Virus record (IMG/VR): IMGVR_UViG_3300046816_000070
Coordinates: 455 to 64,454 of that record
Length of the DNA stretch: 64,000 bases
DNA from: a virus
Taxonomy: Duplodnaviria > Caudoviricetes
Strand: one strand, 5' to 3'
The first letter of the stretch is position 1; every line of letters begins with the position of its first letter. The position numbers and the translations under genes are program-made. The notes under the pieces are model-generated. The model worked only from the letters and a program-made list of their open reading frames with translations, had not been told where the DNA came from and ran no database searches. Below, in pieces: positions 49,915 to 60,315 of the stretch.

Positions 49915-52443
49915 TTATCTCTGCTGCGGAACGAATTTCCCGTCTGCCGTCTGGACGAACGTGTGTAGTTGTCCATCAGGTCCGCGCATCACCTGAGTAA
50001 CCGGGCCGCCCTGCGTCGGGGCGTTCGGGTTAGTCGCCTGTTGTATCTGAACCGGGGACGATCCCCGGTCTTCTTGCTGTTCACGCGCCGAGACGTGGTT
50101 GATCGTATCGAGAGCCTGCTGCATCAACGCAGGCGGCATCTTGCCGATCTGACCAGACTGGACGTATGAGTTGAACTCCTTGCTCAGATTGCTTTCGCGA
50201 CCCATATTCACTTTCATGTCCGCGATCTTTAGCGCACGGGCGGTCATCGCCGCCTGTGTACGGTCGTTCATCTTGGACTTCATATCCTGAATGGTCATCT
50301 TGTTGCCGCCGACCAGTTCAGCGATCTTCGTCTTGTGGCCCCAGATGGCTTCGTTTTCTTCCAGCTTGTTCTGGTGCTTGGTTTCTTCTTCACCCTGCGA
50401 CCGGACATACTCGGCTCGCTTTGCAGCATCGCCAAAGATGTTCGGATACAAACGCCACGCCTGCTGCTCTGTCTCTTTCGAGAACGGCTGCACAGGAGCG
50501 TTCTTATCCCCTTGCCCCTCTGTTGGAACAGTGGTGGCATCAGCTTCGCGTTCAGCGTCCTTCGCTTCCTGCGGACGCGCCTGTGGCATAGGCACCGTAC
50601 GCTTCGGCAAATCCTGTTCTTCTTCCTCGGACCCGATCTTTGGGCCGCCAGACAAGGCCGTACCAACACGGCTCGCCATTGACGGACCCGGTGGGGTCGG
50701 GAACGGCTGATTGACTTCCTCCTCGGAGAAGCCACTCGCTCCGCTTGGTGCCTGCTTCCGCAGGTTCGTATCCATTTCTGCACGGCGAGAAGACGCATCT
50801 TTCAGTGCGCCTGCAATGCCGTTATTCCATACTTCATCGTACTGACCGAGGCGTCCGCGCAACAGACCGATATACTGCGGGATGCTTAGAACCTGATCGG
50901 CAATGGTGTGGCCAACACTGGCCAGTGCGCCGGATATATCTGCGCCACCAGTCTCAGGGATTGCACCTGACGGCTTATCAGAAATAGGCTGGGCGTCGTT
51001 ACCGTTCGCATCTTCGACAGAACCACCATCATCGAACCTCTGGGAAGATGAACCACTAGAGGGTCCGATCCTTTTCACCTGTACGCGGACACCGCCCTGT
51101 GCAGGTGAAAAGTGGACGCTGGTACCATCCAACACGTTATGCATGGCATTGGTAGCCGCAATCGTGGACTGAGGGATATTACCCTTGGCAGCTTTAACTG
51201 CGGCGTTTGTCTTGTTCAGATCATATTGTTTGCGCAACGACTGCAAATAGGACCACGCGGCGTCAGGCCCATGAGACTGTGCCAAGGTGGCAGCGGTCTT
51301 GATCTTCGCCATGTTCGGGTCAGCTTCTCCGCTCTGATGTTCGAGTTGCTGCGCCTGCGGGATCGGCATTGCGCCGCCGCCTTGGATCAGGTTCAGTATC
51401 CGCTTGACATGCGGAACCATAGCGTCAGCAGGTGAGGGAGCGCCACGCATAGAATTACGAATGTTATCCATAGTAGGTATGCCACCTTGCCACCCGCCAT
51501 TAGGATCGTCCTGAGGCTGCGGCTGGGCCTGCTGTGGTGCCTGTCCCGGCTGATCGGGAATTGCGCCCTGCTGGTCATCATCCTCTACTGCACCGCCATC
51601 ATCGAAGCGGTGTCCCTGATAGGTACCCGGAGCAATCGCTGTACCGCCTATAGCCTGCCCGCTTTGAGCCGGGTCTTGAACACCAGTGCCATTGGTTGGC
51701 ACGGTCGGCGTGGGCGCACTGGGGCTAGCCGAGGGCATAGGCTGTGACCGTGCAGCCGTCGCTCGCTGACGGGCACTGGCCATGAAATTCTGATAAGGTG
51801 TTCCAGTAAATGAAGGCGGCGTAATTGTGCCGGGGGCATTGGGAACCAGCCCGCCACGCGCGAACGCGGGAGCCTGCGCTCCACCGGCAGACGCACTTTG
51901 CGGCATCTGCTGGGATTGTCCAGTCAGTCCGTTGATCTTGTAACCGTGCATCATCACATCGTCAATAGTCTGCAACGCAGACGCTAGACCATCGGTATGC
52001 TGGTCCTGTGCAGCCCCCTTAGGGACAGCACGGCCATCGTCAGTGTCGTCGTTCACAGCACCACCCTCCGCATATCCGTAGTCCAGTCCTTGCCAATTTC
52101 CACCGCTGTCATATCCGCCGCTCTCATCTGTCTCGTTGCCGAGTATCTCCCCGACCGGACTTGGGTTCTGCGTAATGCCACCTTGATCGTCGTATCCTGT
52201 ATCGTCCGGGGTGGATGACTGTTGTCCACTATCCATCACCTGATTGCCGCCCAACTGATCGGCCAGCGATCCTTGCTGGAACCCGTTGTTGGGGTCAGCT
52301 AGGCTCGCCCACCGGTTGTCATCATTCCCGCCGCCCACTGCATTGGCGACCTTGCCAACGCCTGTGCTATTGAACCAGTCCTGTGCATCAGCGAGAGGAC
52401 CAGTGTCTATTGCGCCCGACCTACGGAACTGAGAATAGTCCAT
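49915..52443 (-). CDS. Internal virion protein
   Basis: 842 aa, low-complexity, with four [FY]xxGGxV motifs. Confidence 0.65.
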   Translation of the reverse strand: MDYSQFRRSGAIDTGPLADAQDWFNSTGVGKVANAVGGGNDDNRWASLADPNNGFQQGSLADQLGGNQVMDSGQQSSTPDDTGYDDQGGITQNPSPVGEILGNETDESGGYDSGGNWQGLDYGYAEGGAVNDDTDDGRAVPKGAAQDQHTDGLASALQTIDDVMMHGYKINGLTGQSQQMPQSASAGGAQAPAFARGGLVPNAPGTITPPSFTGTPYQNFMASARQRATAARSQPMPSASPSAPTPTVPTNGTGVQDPAQSGQAIGGTAIAPGTYQGHRFDDGGAVEDDDQQGAIPDQPGQAPQQAQPQPQDDPNGGWQGGIPTMDNIRNSMRGAPSPADAMVPHVKRILNLIQGGGAMPIPQAQQLEHQSGEADPNMAKIKTAATLAQSHGPDAAWSYLQSLRKQYDLNKTNAAVKAAKGNIPQSTIAATNAMHNVLDGTSVHFSPAQGGVRVQVKRIGPSSGSSSQRFDDGGSVEDANGNDAQPISDKPSGAIPETGGADISGALASVGHTIADQVLSIPQYIGLLRGRLGQYDEVWNNGIAGALKDASSRRAEMDTNLRKQAPSGASGFSEEEVNQPFPTPPGPSMASRVGTALSGGPKIGSEEEEQDLPKRTVPMPQARPQEAKDAEREADATTVPTEGQGDKNAPVQPFSKETEQQAWRLYPNIFGDAAKRAEYVRSQGEEETKHQNKLEENEAIWGHKTKIAELVGGNKMTIQDMKSKMNDRTQAAMTARALKIADMKVNMGRESNLSKEFNSYVQSGQIGKMPPALMQQALDTINHVSAREQQEDRGSSPVQIQQATNPNAPTQGGPVTQVMRGPDGQLHTFVQTADGKFVPQQR

Positions 52444-54114
52444 TTACTGCCCCATCGGTCGAGAAGCGAACCGTACCGGGCCTTGCGGAGCGGGGGCAGG
52501 CTTGCCTCGCGCCCCGGCCTTGGCCAAGTTCTGTCGCGATTGTGCGATCAACTTCTGGAAGAACTCTTGTCCCTTCCACAGAGCCACGTCCTTTGGAACA
52601 ACGAACTCGTCGGCGTTCACGCTGGCATGAACATCATCAGTTACCTGCCCGCCGCTCGGGCTGGCAGACTTCGGCACGAAGCCGCCAGTCGTAGCGTTCT
52701 CAGGGATCGCGCCACCGGTAGCGAACCCGCCGCCGTAGTCACCGCCGTAGTCACTGTAGTCGTTGCTGTAGCTGCCTTGGTCGTACCCTTGATCCATCGC
52801 GCCGCCGTAGTCACCGCCACCGTCAAACGCGGTATCATTGTAGTTGTAACTGTCGTTGTAGTTGGTGTTCGGGCCGCTATCCCAGCCGCCCGTATCCGCC
52901 ACCGACCCCATATTGTAATCGGATACAGGGTCTTGACCGATCCCATACCCATAGTTGTTGCCGTCAGTTGCTCCGTACGAACCGAAGTCCTGCCCGCCGC
53001 TATTGTAGTTCCCGTACTGGCTTTCGTAGGGGTCGCTCTGACCGCCTGCGTATATGTCATTGTTCTGAGAGAACTGGCTGTAATCCGGCCCGCTCATCCC
53101 ATTGTAGCCGTCATCAAAGTTACCCCATTCGCCACTTCCGTAGTTCGGGTTCTGGGTCAGATCAACCACATTCTGCCCGCCGCCGCCATATCCGCCTCCG
53201 TACCCGCTGGTCGTAGGAGTGCCCTGCCCGCCACCACCGTGGTTCATGGCGAAGCTGTCAAACGGACTGGGCGTAGCGCCCCCAAACGGATTGCTCGGGG
53301 CGGGTCCACCGCTTGAACGGTTGCTGCTACTCGGGTTCGGCTGTGGTCCAGACGAGGTACCGGAACTGGAACTGCGGGTCGTCTGCCCGGTGGGCGGGAA
53401 GCGATCCTGCATGGCCGTGTTCAAATATGCGTTCGGCAACTGCATCAGGGCCGTACCGGCATTGGTCTTGCCAATGTCCAAGTTGCCCGAAATACTGTTG
53501 GCTTGGTTCGCTTGGTTCAGGAAGTTCGCGGCGATGCCGGGGAACTGTATGCCATAGTCCAAGGCGTTCTTCTTCAATCCCAGTGCCGTCTGCTCGTCGG
53601 CCCGGATGCTCGACGTGCCCGCGCCCGCAGCCGCCGCAGCGCCCGCAGTCTTGCCGGATAGAATGTCATGGGCGTATCGTCCGCTGGACGTGTCTATGCC
53701 CATGCTCTCCAATTTCTGGGTAGCGTCATTTATTGCAGACTGGTTGGCCTGCATCTGGTCGCTTTCGGCCAGTCCCGCGTTACGCGCCTGCCGCGCCGGG
53801 TTGGCGTACTGGGCAGCTTCGGTGCGTAAGTTATTGTAATCAGGCATGAAATCGTTTTGGAAGGCTCCCGCCGCCTGCTTTGCGCCGGTAAGCGCGGTAT
53901 CCGCCGCCTGCCCCAGCTTGCCCATCAGGCCGGATATATCCCCGGACAGGCCGTTGAACACGCCCTGACCCCAGTTATACATGGTATTTGCGTAATTTGT
54001 GGCCACCCCCGCAATACTATTAAGTATGTTCTGGGTGATAATCTCCTGCGGGTCAACCGAGGGGGTACTCGTAGAGTTGGACGATGAAAAACTGGACGAC
54101 ATAGGTGCCCCCAA
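52444..54114 (-). CDS. Internal virion / pilot protein
   Basis: Ala/Gln-rich helices with MGID.SSGRY, a Tyr/Gly/Asp-rich region, and C-terminal FATGG...DDV.A.V..DEFVVP. Confidence 0.65.
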   Translation of the reverse strand: MGAPMSSSFSSSNSTSTPSVDPQEIITQNILNSIAGVATNYANTMYNWGQGVFNGLSGDISGLMGKLGQAADTALTGAKQAAGAFQNDFMPDYNNLRTEAAQYANPARQARNAGLAESDQMQANQSAINDATQKLESMGIDTSSGRYAHDILSGKTAGAAAAAGAGTSSIRADEQTALGLKKNALDYGIQFPGIAANFLNQANQANSISGNLDIGKTNAGTALMQLPNAYLNTAMQDRFPPTGQTTRSSSSGTSSGPQPNPSSSNRSSGGPAPSNPFGGATPSPFDSFAMNHGGGGQGTPTTSGYGGGYGGGGQNVVDLTQNPNYGSGEWGNFDDGYNGMSGPDYSQFSQNNDIYAGGQSDPYESQYGNYNSGGQDFGSYGATDGNNYGYGIGQDPVSDYNMGSVADTGGWDSGPNTNYNDSYNYNDTAFDGGGDYGGAMDQGYDQGSYSNDYSDYGGDYGGGFATGGAIPENATTGGFVPKSASPSGGQVTDDVHASVNADEFVVPKDVALWKGQEFFQKLIAQSRQNLAKAGARGKPAPAPQGPVRFASRPMGQ

Positions 54115-54149
54115 GGCGCTGTTGTTATAGAAGGATTACCGCATCCTTC

Positions 54150-54164
54150 TTTATCAATCGTTAA
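54150..54164 (-). promoter_or_regulatory. CtrA-type box (1 mismatch)
   Basis: TTTA-tcaatcg-TTAA. TAATCCT lies 11 nt downstream on the minus strand. Confidence 0.6.
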
Positions 54165-54168
54165 CGAT

Positions 54169-54756
54169 TTAGCTGGTGAAGGGAAACGGCCCCCCATCCA
54201 AAGCGGGCATCGGCTTGTCCCAGTGCTGAACCTGACTACTATTCTTACTGATCGGAATGTGTATTTTCTGGGTGAACTGGGGTTCATTAGACAGGGTTAT
54301 TTGAATGTCTGTCCCATTCAGGTGCCCGTTTTTGTTGTTTTTTTGTAGCCATGCCCCGATTAGAAATAAATACCCTATCTGCTGAGACGTGAACTCTGTG
54401 AATGATTGGTTGGCCCATAACTGGTTGGTTATCAGAATATAAGGAACTGGCAGAGAAGCAGCTTTGTCAACCAATGTCTTCCGTTTCGAGATCGAGTTAA
54501 TATCATCCAGATGCAAGTGATCGGCAAAACTGAGATAACTGAACGCCGATTGGGACCCTGCTGGTGTACCAAATATCTCCTGTGCGAAAGCATCCCCGAA
54601 GAAAATATTGGCGTTGCCTACTGAACTGTCAGGGACTTGCAAGCCGGAAAAGGCTTCGCCCGCGTTCACGATTATGCCCGCGACCGCGTATATGTCGTTC
54701 GTTACCCAGTGGACCGATTTTATCTGGTCCAAGAAACTTTCGGTATAATCAGCCAT
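54169..54756 (-). CDS. Hypothetical protein
   Basis: 195-aa ORF coupled to its upstream neighbour, visibly more AT-rich than flanking genes. Confidence 0.6.
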   Translation of the reverse strand: MADYTESFLDQIKSVHWVTNDIYAVAGIIVNAGEAFSGLQVPDSSVGNANIFFGDAFAQEIFGTPAGSQSAFSYLSFADHLHLDDINSISKRKTLVDKAASLPVPYILITNQLWANQSFTEFTSQQIGYLFLIGAWLQKNNKNGHLNGTDIQITLSNEPQFTQKIHIPISKNSSQVQHWDKPMPALDGGPFPFTS

Positions 54757-55162
54757 CTTGACCTTGATATACCCACGTCTCGCCGGTCACGCTGTCTGTC
54801 ATCGTGAGGTTCTGGACACGCGAGACAATGACGAACTGGGATGGATCGTCCGGGTTCGTGATCTTAACGTCCTTTCGGGTGATCGTCTTCTGTATCCATC
54901 GGCCAACCTGAGGCGGCTTATTCGGCTTCGGAGGTATCGTGGTGCCGCCCTGCCCAGTAATGTTGGTCACGAAGCGGTTGTTAACCACAGTCACGCCCGT
55001 CTGCCCCGTGAGATTGCGCACGATCTGCGAAAGCGCATTGATAGCCCGCAGAGCCGAAGCCAAGTCCGTCGCCTGTGGGATCGGCGGAAATTTGGACGGG
55101 TCCGGTTGATCCGGTTTGATGATCGGTTCGATACTACAGATCGGTGCATTAGGATCAGACAT
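54749..55162 (-). CDS. Hypothetical tail-associated protein
   Basis: Coupled to the tail tubular gene. Confidence 0.6.
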   Translation of the reverse strand: MSDPNAPICSIEPIIKPDQPDPSKFPPIPQATDLASALRAINALSQIVRNLTGQTGVTVVNNRFVTNITGQGGTTIPPKPNKPPQVGRWIQKTITRKDVKITNPDDPSQFVIVSRVQNLTMTDSVTGETWVYQGQDG

Positions 55163-57926
55163 TACGCAACTCCTTGACTGAGGTTGCCACCTGAATGTTG
55201 GATATGTTCACGCGGCCCTGTATCTTCCACTGCCACTCCTCGTACTTCTGGCCGCTTCCGATCCGCAGCAATTCCGCGTTAGTGCGAATTTCGCGGGTCG
55301 TGATGAGGTTGCCATCCCCGTACACATAGACGATGCCATACTGGTCCGGGTTCAGAGTATTCCACGCAGGATCATCTGTAGCCAGTTCTTGGCGCGTCGG
55401 GTTCTGGGCCGGGGTCCCCGGTGGTATGTTGAAGAAGAACCGCATCGCAGAAAAGTTCTCTTTGTTTTTCTGCTGGTATATTTTGCTCTCCCACATATAC
55501 GGTTGGATAACCGGGCTTGGATCGCTAAAGTCATAGTAGTACACTGCTCCATCCTGCATGAGCAGCGTGACGCCGCTCCACGGATCGTTCCAGATGTTGT
55601 CAATGTCGAAGCCGTTGGGCGCGGTCAGTGGCATGAAGCCGATGCGATGCCCGCCCGGCTGCGGCCAGATGGTAAAGCTGGTGGTATCGCCCTGCGACAA
55701 CTCCACCGCAAACCCTTGCTGTGCAACGCTATTGTCGCCGTTCTCCGTCACCCCAAAGGCGAAGTATGCTGCGGCCAGCGGAACGGCATGGACGTTCTTC
55801 TGCGGGGTCAACTGCATCCACTTCTCGCGGGTGATCCATCCCTCGGTGACATTGTTGGCAATCTGGGAGTTTGGGTCCACTTGGATCAGCCCGGCTTGGG
55901 CTTGATAGAAGACCGTGGACGATCCAGATATGATGCTGCCGCGCGACAGTCCGGGGTACGGAGTAGCGGTCTTGACCATTGACATTACCGAAGGGTTCAC
56001 GCCGGTACAGATGTACGGCTCAGCCCCGGTCACGACGATAGCGGAGTTGCCTACAACGCCTACTCCCACAATGGGAAACTCGGTCGTCAGCACGTTGCCG
56101 GGCGGCCACGCATGGGGGTTATATGGCTCGCAGAACCACAACTCGTTGCCGCGCCATCCGACGATCATGCCGTTCGGCATGGAGATAATGCCCGACAGGC
56201 CCACCGGTGGCGGGAACCAGTTGGTGCTTTGTAGCTGATTATTCAGGGCTACAACGTCATCACCCTGCGTGTCACGGACCTGTCCGGGGCCTTCCTCTAC
56301 AATGGTCCCTTCCAATACGCCCTTGGCGGAACTGACAGCTACGACCTTGTTAGTCGCCAGATCGAAGTCACAACACCAGTAAAATACGGTCTGTCCGGTC
56401 GTACCGGGGACGGTGCGATATAGCCTTGCAGTGGTGATATTTCGGTCCTCTCCCATATCCTCCGCTACGGGTGCCCACATGGTTATGAGCCAGTTACCGT
56501 TGGACCACCCATTCAACAAGGTAGCTGGGCTTGGCGCACTTTCCTCACCATACGCTGTCACCCAAGTATAGACGTAACCGCGTGTTTCTAACACGCTGGC
56601 CGTCTGCAACGTGGCGAACAGTTGCACGTCAGGGATCAGGAACTCAACAGTGAACGAACCGGGAGGGCCGTTGTCAAACGTGTTCGACATACCCACAACG
56701 CCAGCATTGTTATCTAGGTCGGAGAGAACCCACGGCACAGACGTATCCATCATCATGCCGATCCAGTACTGCGTGTTGGCAGTGACGCCGACCGGCGAAG
56801 TGAATGTGCTGACAACCGGGGTACCTCCGGTTGCGCCTGTGGTAACGAGGCCGAAGCCCAGCAACAAGCCGGGTTTGCCTGTACCGTCATCCCCATACAC
56901 AACGCCCGCAAAACGAGCAGCTAGCGGTTGCGGATCGGGGATCGTAGAAGTAGGCGTCATGGTTACGTCCACGATAGTCATGTTCTGTGTCGGCAGAACA
57001 GGGACGAGGACTATCTGGTTCGCCAAATTGGTAAAGCTGCCGCCTGTATTCAGTTGCAGGCCCAGCGTAGCGGAGTTGCCGCCCGCAGAAGTGGTCACTA
57101 TAGGAGCGCAGCCGGGAGGATTGATACCCAGCAGATACTCAGGCAAATGCTGTGTGATCCGGTCATAGCTGTTGTACTTGGGTGGCAAAGACGGGCTGGC
57201 CCAGTAGTACCGGTTGAACTGGTCGTCCACCACCGGAGACTTGACTACGGTCGTTTCCGTGTCGAGGAACTCCATCCAGATAGCCGGGGTAGTTATGGTG
57301 GGATCGAAGTGTGCGTTGACGCCGCCTGTAAAATTCGGCGTGGTGGCCCACACCATTCGGGTCCCAGCGGAACTCTCCTGTGCGGAAATAGTGTTGTATC
57401 CTGTGCCCACGTCAGCAGCGACGAACGAAGCAATGGTAGCCGATGCCGTGGACTTGGTTATGCTAATATCCTGATTGAGCGACGTACCGTTGCCGTACAG
57501 GATGCCTTGGTTGGTGTCCTTGCCGTTGTCCAGCGTGACGGCAGCGATGATGTTGGCGGCGCTATCGCCCGCCGTCGCACCGATCAGAACCTTGTAAGGG
57601 GTCGAAGCCAGATCAGCGACGTTGCTGGTGAACGTATAGAGAACCTCGCCAACCTCTACGGTATCACCGTCAATGGGGTTGGCGAGGAAGGTCAGTGTAT
57701 TGCCCGCAGTCCCGACCGTCACAGTCGGAATACGGTAGGCCGACCCAGCAGAAGGGTTATCCAGATTGCGGAGGAACTTGGGAACGCGCCACCCCGTCAG
57801 TGCGCCCGAATAGGCATAGACGTTCTGTGCGTCAGCAGCCTGTCCAGTCGGCAGCAGATGCGGGTCCCACGCGGGTAGCATCCCGCCGAATTGCTCTAAC
57901 TTGATAGCGCCCATTCCCAGCCCCAA
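55155..57926 (-). CDS. Tail tubular protein B / tail nozzle-like protein
   Basis: F.GM.P...P.LLP..QA..A.N, YVYTWVT.YGEESAPSP, MPNG...G, FCEPY.PHAWP and W.SK motifs. Confidence 0.75.
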   Translation of the reverse strand: MGLGMGAIKLEQFGGMLPAWDPHLLPTGQAADAQNVYAYSGALTGWRVPKFLRNLDNPSAGSAYRIPTVTVGTAGNTLTFLANPIDGDTVEVGEVLYTFTSNVADLASTPYKVLIGATAGDSAANIIAAVTLDNGKDTNQGILYGNGTSLNQDISITKSTASATIASFVAADVGTGYNTISAQESSAGTRMVWATTPNFTGGVNAHFDPTITTPAIWMEFLDTETTVVKSPVVDDQFNRYYWASPSLPPKYNSYDRITQHLPEYLLGINPPGCAPIVTTSAGGNSATLGLQLNTGGSFTNLANQIVLVPVLPTQNMTIVDVTMTPTSTIPDPQPLAARFAGVVYGDDGTGKPGLLLGFGLVTTGATGGTPVVSTFTSPVGVTANTQYWIGMMMDTSVPWVLSDLDNNAGVVGMSNTFDNGPPGSFTVEFLIPDVQLFATLQTASVLETRGYVYTWVTAYGEESAPSPATLLNGWSNGNWLITMWAPVAEDMGEDRNITTARLYRTVPGTTGQTVFYWCCDFDLATNKVVAVSSAKGVLEGTIVEEGPGQVRDTQGDDVVALNNQLQSTNWFPPPVGLSGIISMPNGMIVGWRGNELWFCEPYNPHAWPPGNVLTTEFPIVGVGVVGNSAIVVTGAEPYICTGVNPSVMSMVKTATPYPGLSRGSIISGSSTVFYQAQAGLIQVDPNSQIANNVTEGWITREKWMQLTPQKNVHAVPLAAAYFAFGVTENGDNSVAQQGFAVELSQGDTTSFTIWPQPGGHRIGFMPLTAPNGFDIDNIWNDPWSGVTLLMQDGAVYYYDFSDPSPVIQPYMWESKIYQQKNKENFSAMRFFFNIPPGTPAQNPTRQELATDDPAWNTLNPDQYGIVYVYGDGNLITTREIRTNAELLRIGSGQKYEEWQWKIQGRVNISNIQVATSVKELRNV

Positions 57927-57929
57927 TCA

Positions 57930-58268
57930 TTACAGTGTCTTGTAAGACTTCGTTACCGTCTGCCCTTGGTTCATATTCGGAACGTAGTCGGCTGGGCGAT
58001 AGACCGGCTCGGTAGTACCTTCGGACTTGTCTGGCTTCGGAACTAGGGCGTTCGCCCGTTCCGCAGCCTGTCGCGCGTTTTGTCGTTTGCCTTCTTCTAG
58101 TTCGAGGCGTGTCTTCTCTGCGATACCCACTGGGACAGGGGGCGCTACATACTCCGGGGCCTTCTGGTTGCGCATTTCGATAATCTGCTTATGCACTTCC
58201 TCGATGGACCTAGCGGCTTGGCTTAACGGCTCCGCGTTCGCTACCGGAAACGGTGTTCCCATTGGCAT
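57930..58268 (-). CDS. Hypothetical protein
   Basis: Start moved to MPMGTPF, which follows an AAGGAG SD. Confidence 0.6.
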   Translation of the reverse strand: MPMGTPFPVANAEPLSQAARSIEEVHKQIIEMRNQKAPEYVAPPVPVGIAEKTRLELEEGKRQNARQAAERANALVPKPDKSEGTTEPVYRPADYVPNMNQGQTVTKSYKTL

Positions 58269-58428
58269 TGTCTTCTCCTTGTGATGGCAGGGACCCAACG
58301 GCAAAGGAGCCGCCAATCGCTGCATGTCTAGCCCCGTGGTCCACCTTCTCCGCACGTCCCTGTGAGTACAGGATGCGGGGTCGGCCTGACGACTGGGCCA
58401 TTGCTTCGGCTAAGCTAGCGTTCTTTCG

Positions 58429-58443
58429 TTTAGGCTTTCTTAA
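58429..58443 (-). promoter_or_regulatory. CtrA-type box (1 mismatch)
   Basis: TTTA-ggctttc-TTAA. TAGCTT lies 11 nt downstream on the minus strand. Confidence 0.6.
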
Positions 58444-58454
58444 CTTTGCGACCA

Positions 58455-58634
58455 TCAACCCTTACTCATTTTCGAGAGCCTAAGACCGAGGTTCCCGGCA
58501 GAGCGTAGGGAGGGATTGTCGCTGTGGCTGTCCTCCACCATCTGCTGGTGGGTGGACACGCCATGCTCTTTGGCCCGGCGTTTCTCCTTGCCGGGGTGCT
58601 TGATAGCCCCTTGTATCCAGTGCTTTTTTGCCAT
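58455..58634 (-). CDS. Small basic phage protein (WIQGAIKHPG motif)
   Basis: Start moved to MAKKHW. Confidence 0.6.
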   Translation of the reverse strand: MAKKHWIQGAIKHPGKEKRRAKEHGVSTHQQMVEDSHSDNPSLRSAGNLGLRLSKMSKG

Positions 58635-58635
58635 A

Positions 58636-59007
58636 TTACGACCCCTTTCCTTTGTACACTTCAATGAACTCGGGCAGCGGGATGACCTGATGGCCTTTCA
58701 CGCAGCCGTGATAGAGCGTCACAAACAGGGCGAACACGTTGTCTCCATCACGCGCGAAGACCACGATTTCGTCCACACCGTCCGGGGTATCCATCCCGGT
58801 CTGCTCGGTGAAGTGCTTGTTAAATATGGATAATTCCTCACCTTTCAAGTCGTACCGGAGAGGGAGGTCGATCTGATCGGTGATGGCTTTGATCGTTGCG
58901 CACTGGCTCATATCGAAGGTATTGGTGGTCGCAGGCAGAACCCGCCCCGTGAAGAACGAGAATGTGACAAGTATCGCGAAGAAAACTTCCAGTGCGATGC
59001 GGCGCAT
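58636..59007 (-). CDS. Exported protein with signal peptide
   Basis: Basic then hydrophobic N-terminus and two Cys. Confidence 0.55.
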   Translation of the reverse strand: MRRIALEVFFAILVTFSFFTGRVLPATTNTFDMSQCATIKAITDQIDLPLRYDLKGEELSIFNKHFTEQTGMDTPDGVDEIVVFARDGDNVFALFVTLYHGCVKGHQVIPLPEFIEVYKGKGS

Positions 59008-59016
59008 GATGCGCTC

Positions 59017-59241
59017 CTATTTGAAGGCCGGGCAGCCTAGCTTCCGCCCGATTTCGTTCCGTTGATGCAAGTCCAGTGCCAAGAGATAGGCGGCATACCG
59101 CTCACTCATGGGGCTGGTAGAATTGTATTCTATCGGGCCGACCAGCGCCTTACAGATAGGCGGGATCGCGCTCGGCGGAATATCCTCGACACTACAGCCA
59201 CTTAGCAGTAGTGCGGAGATTAACAGGGCTATTCTCCGCAT
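59017..59241 (-). CDS. Outer-membrane spanin (Rz1-like lipoprotein)
   Basis: Lipobox LLSGC, Pro-rich, downstream of the i-spanin. Confidence 0.7.
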   Translation of the reverse strand: MRRIALLISALLLSGCSVEDIPPSAIPPICKALVGPIEYNSTSPMSERYAAYLLALDLHQRNEIGRKLGCPAFK

Positions 59242-59243
59242 GG

Positions 59244-59624
59244 TCAGTTCTCCGGTCTATCCCAGCGGTCGGCTGGCGGGGTACGTTTCTGCCCTTTTAT
59301 CAAGGGCTTAGGCTTATTGGCGGGGTCATTGGTGACACTATCGACCACCCTCCCCACCTGCTTGAGCAGAACCGCCTGCTGCGCTTTACAGCGGGCAGCT
59401 TCGACGTTGACACCCTGCGTGAAGGCGAACAGGTACGCGGCGGCGGCGACCGCCACCCACAACAGGTCCTTCTGGAATGGCCTCAGCCATGAGGCAAAAG
59501 GCCCACTGAACTCGATCAATACCTCGCATACGAGACAGATCAGGATGACGCCCCCAGCAATGCCCCAGTGCAGGGCGAAGCCCCACACCCCAGCGAACCA
59601 TTGCTCTACGATATATTGGATCAT
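59244..59624 (-). CDS. Inner-membrane spanin (Rz-like)
   Basis: Transmembrane segments then a helical periplasmic part, following the endolysin. Confidence 0.6.
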   Translation of the reverse strand: MIQYIVEQWFAGVWGFALHWGIAGGVILICLVCEVLIEFSGPFASWLRPFQKDLLWVAVAAAAYLFAFTQGVNVEAARCKAQQAVLLKQVGRVVDSVTNDPANKPKPLIKGQKRTPPADRWDRPEN

Positions 59625-59626
59625 GG

Positions 59627-60091
59627 TCAGCCTTTTATACAGTGTTTATATTCATCGTTACGGCGATTGACCAGCCCCTTGCGAACCACGCCCATCGACT
59701 TGTTGAAGACGAGCATGTACTCGCAGGCATTGGGATCGCCAGCGTTCAGGTGCTTCACGAACGTCGAGCGGCATACCGCGCCGACGCCGATGTTGTATGC
59801 CAAGCTGACGACCGCCGCGTGGCGCTCATCGGACATGGGGACATGGATACACTTCTGGATACCCGCGTCGTACTTCGGGAGGGCATCAGCGAGTAGCTGG
59901 ATGCACTGGTCCTTGGTGAACCGGTCGCCGTTCTTGAGGTTCGGAATTTCCGCTTTTGTTGCGCCATAACATACGGTCGGCAGGCCGTTGGCCAGTTGAT
60001 CCGGCTTCGTCACCAGATCAAGACCCTCCCACCCTGCGATCAGGGTGGAAGCAATCACTGCCCATGTTGCAACTCGGCGGGTCGTAAACAT
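59627..60091 (-). CDS. Endolysin, GH24 lysozyme (possible SAR type)
   Basis: WEG...D.......T.CYG.T catalytic pattern, SLAYNIG, GLVNRR..E and a short weakly hydrophobic N-terminus. Confidence 0.9.
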   Translation of the reverse strand: MFTTRRVATWAVIASTLIAGWEGLDLVTKPDQLANGLPTVCYGATKAEIPNLKNGDRFTKDQCIQLLADALPKYDAGIQKCIHVPMSDERHAAVVSLAYNIGVGAVCRSTFVKHLNAGDPNACEYMLVFNKSMGVVRKGLVNRRNDEYKHCIKG

Positions 60092-60315
60092 CAGAAGTCA
60101 ATCCCTGACTGGTTGACTACCCGAGCGATCACGATAGCGACTGATATGCCGATGCACAGGCAGGCAAATTGAACAGGAGAGACGGCGTTCTGGAAGGCGG
60201 GCACAGCCGCATAGGCTCCGCTCAGGATCGCGCCGATAAAGGCGAACCTGACGGTCCACAGCTTGTGTACCATCTTGAGTTGGTTGGTTGGCAAAAACCA
60301 TTCGCGTAACGTCAC
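60091..60315 (-). CDS. Holin
   Basis: Two transmembrane segments, K.WTVR...IARVVNQ, directly upstream of the lysozyme. Confidence 0.7.
   Translation of the reverse strand: MTLREWFLPTNQLKMVHKLWTVRFAFIGAILSGAYAAVPAFQNAVSPVQFACLCIGISVAIVIARVVNQSGIDF

Noticed and set aside
58636-59241. Identical MRRIAL N-termini of two adjacent exported proteins
   Set aside because: Only six residues of a signal-peptide n-region, and the codons differ, so this is too little to claim a duplication.
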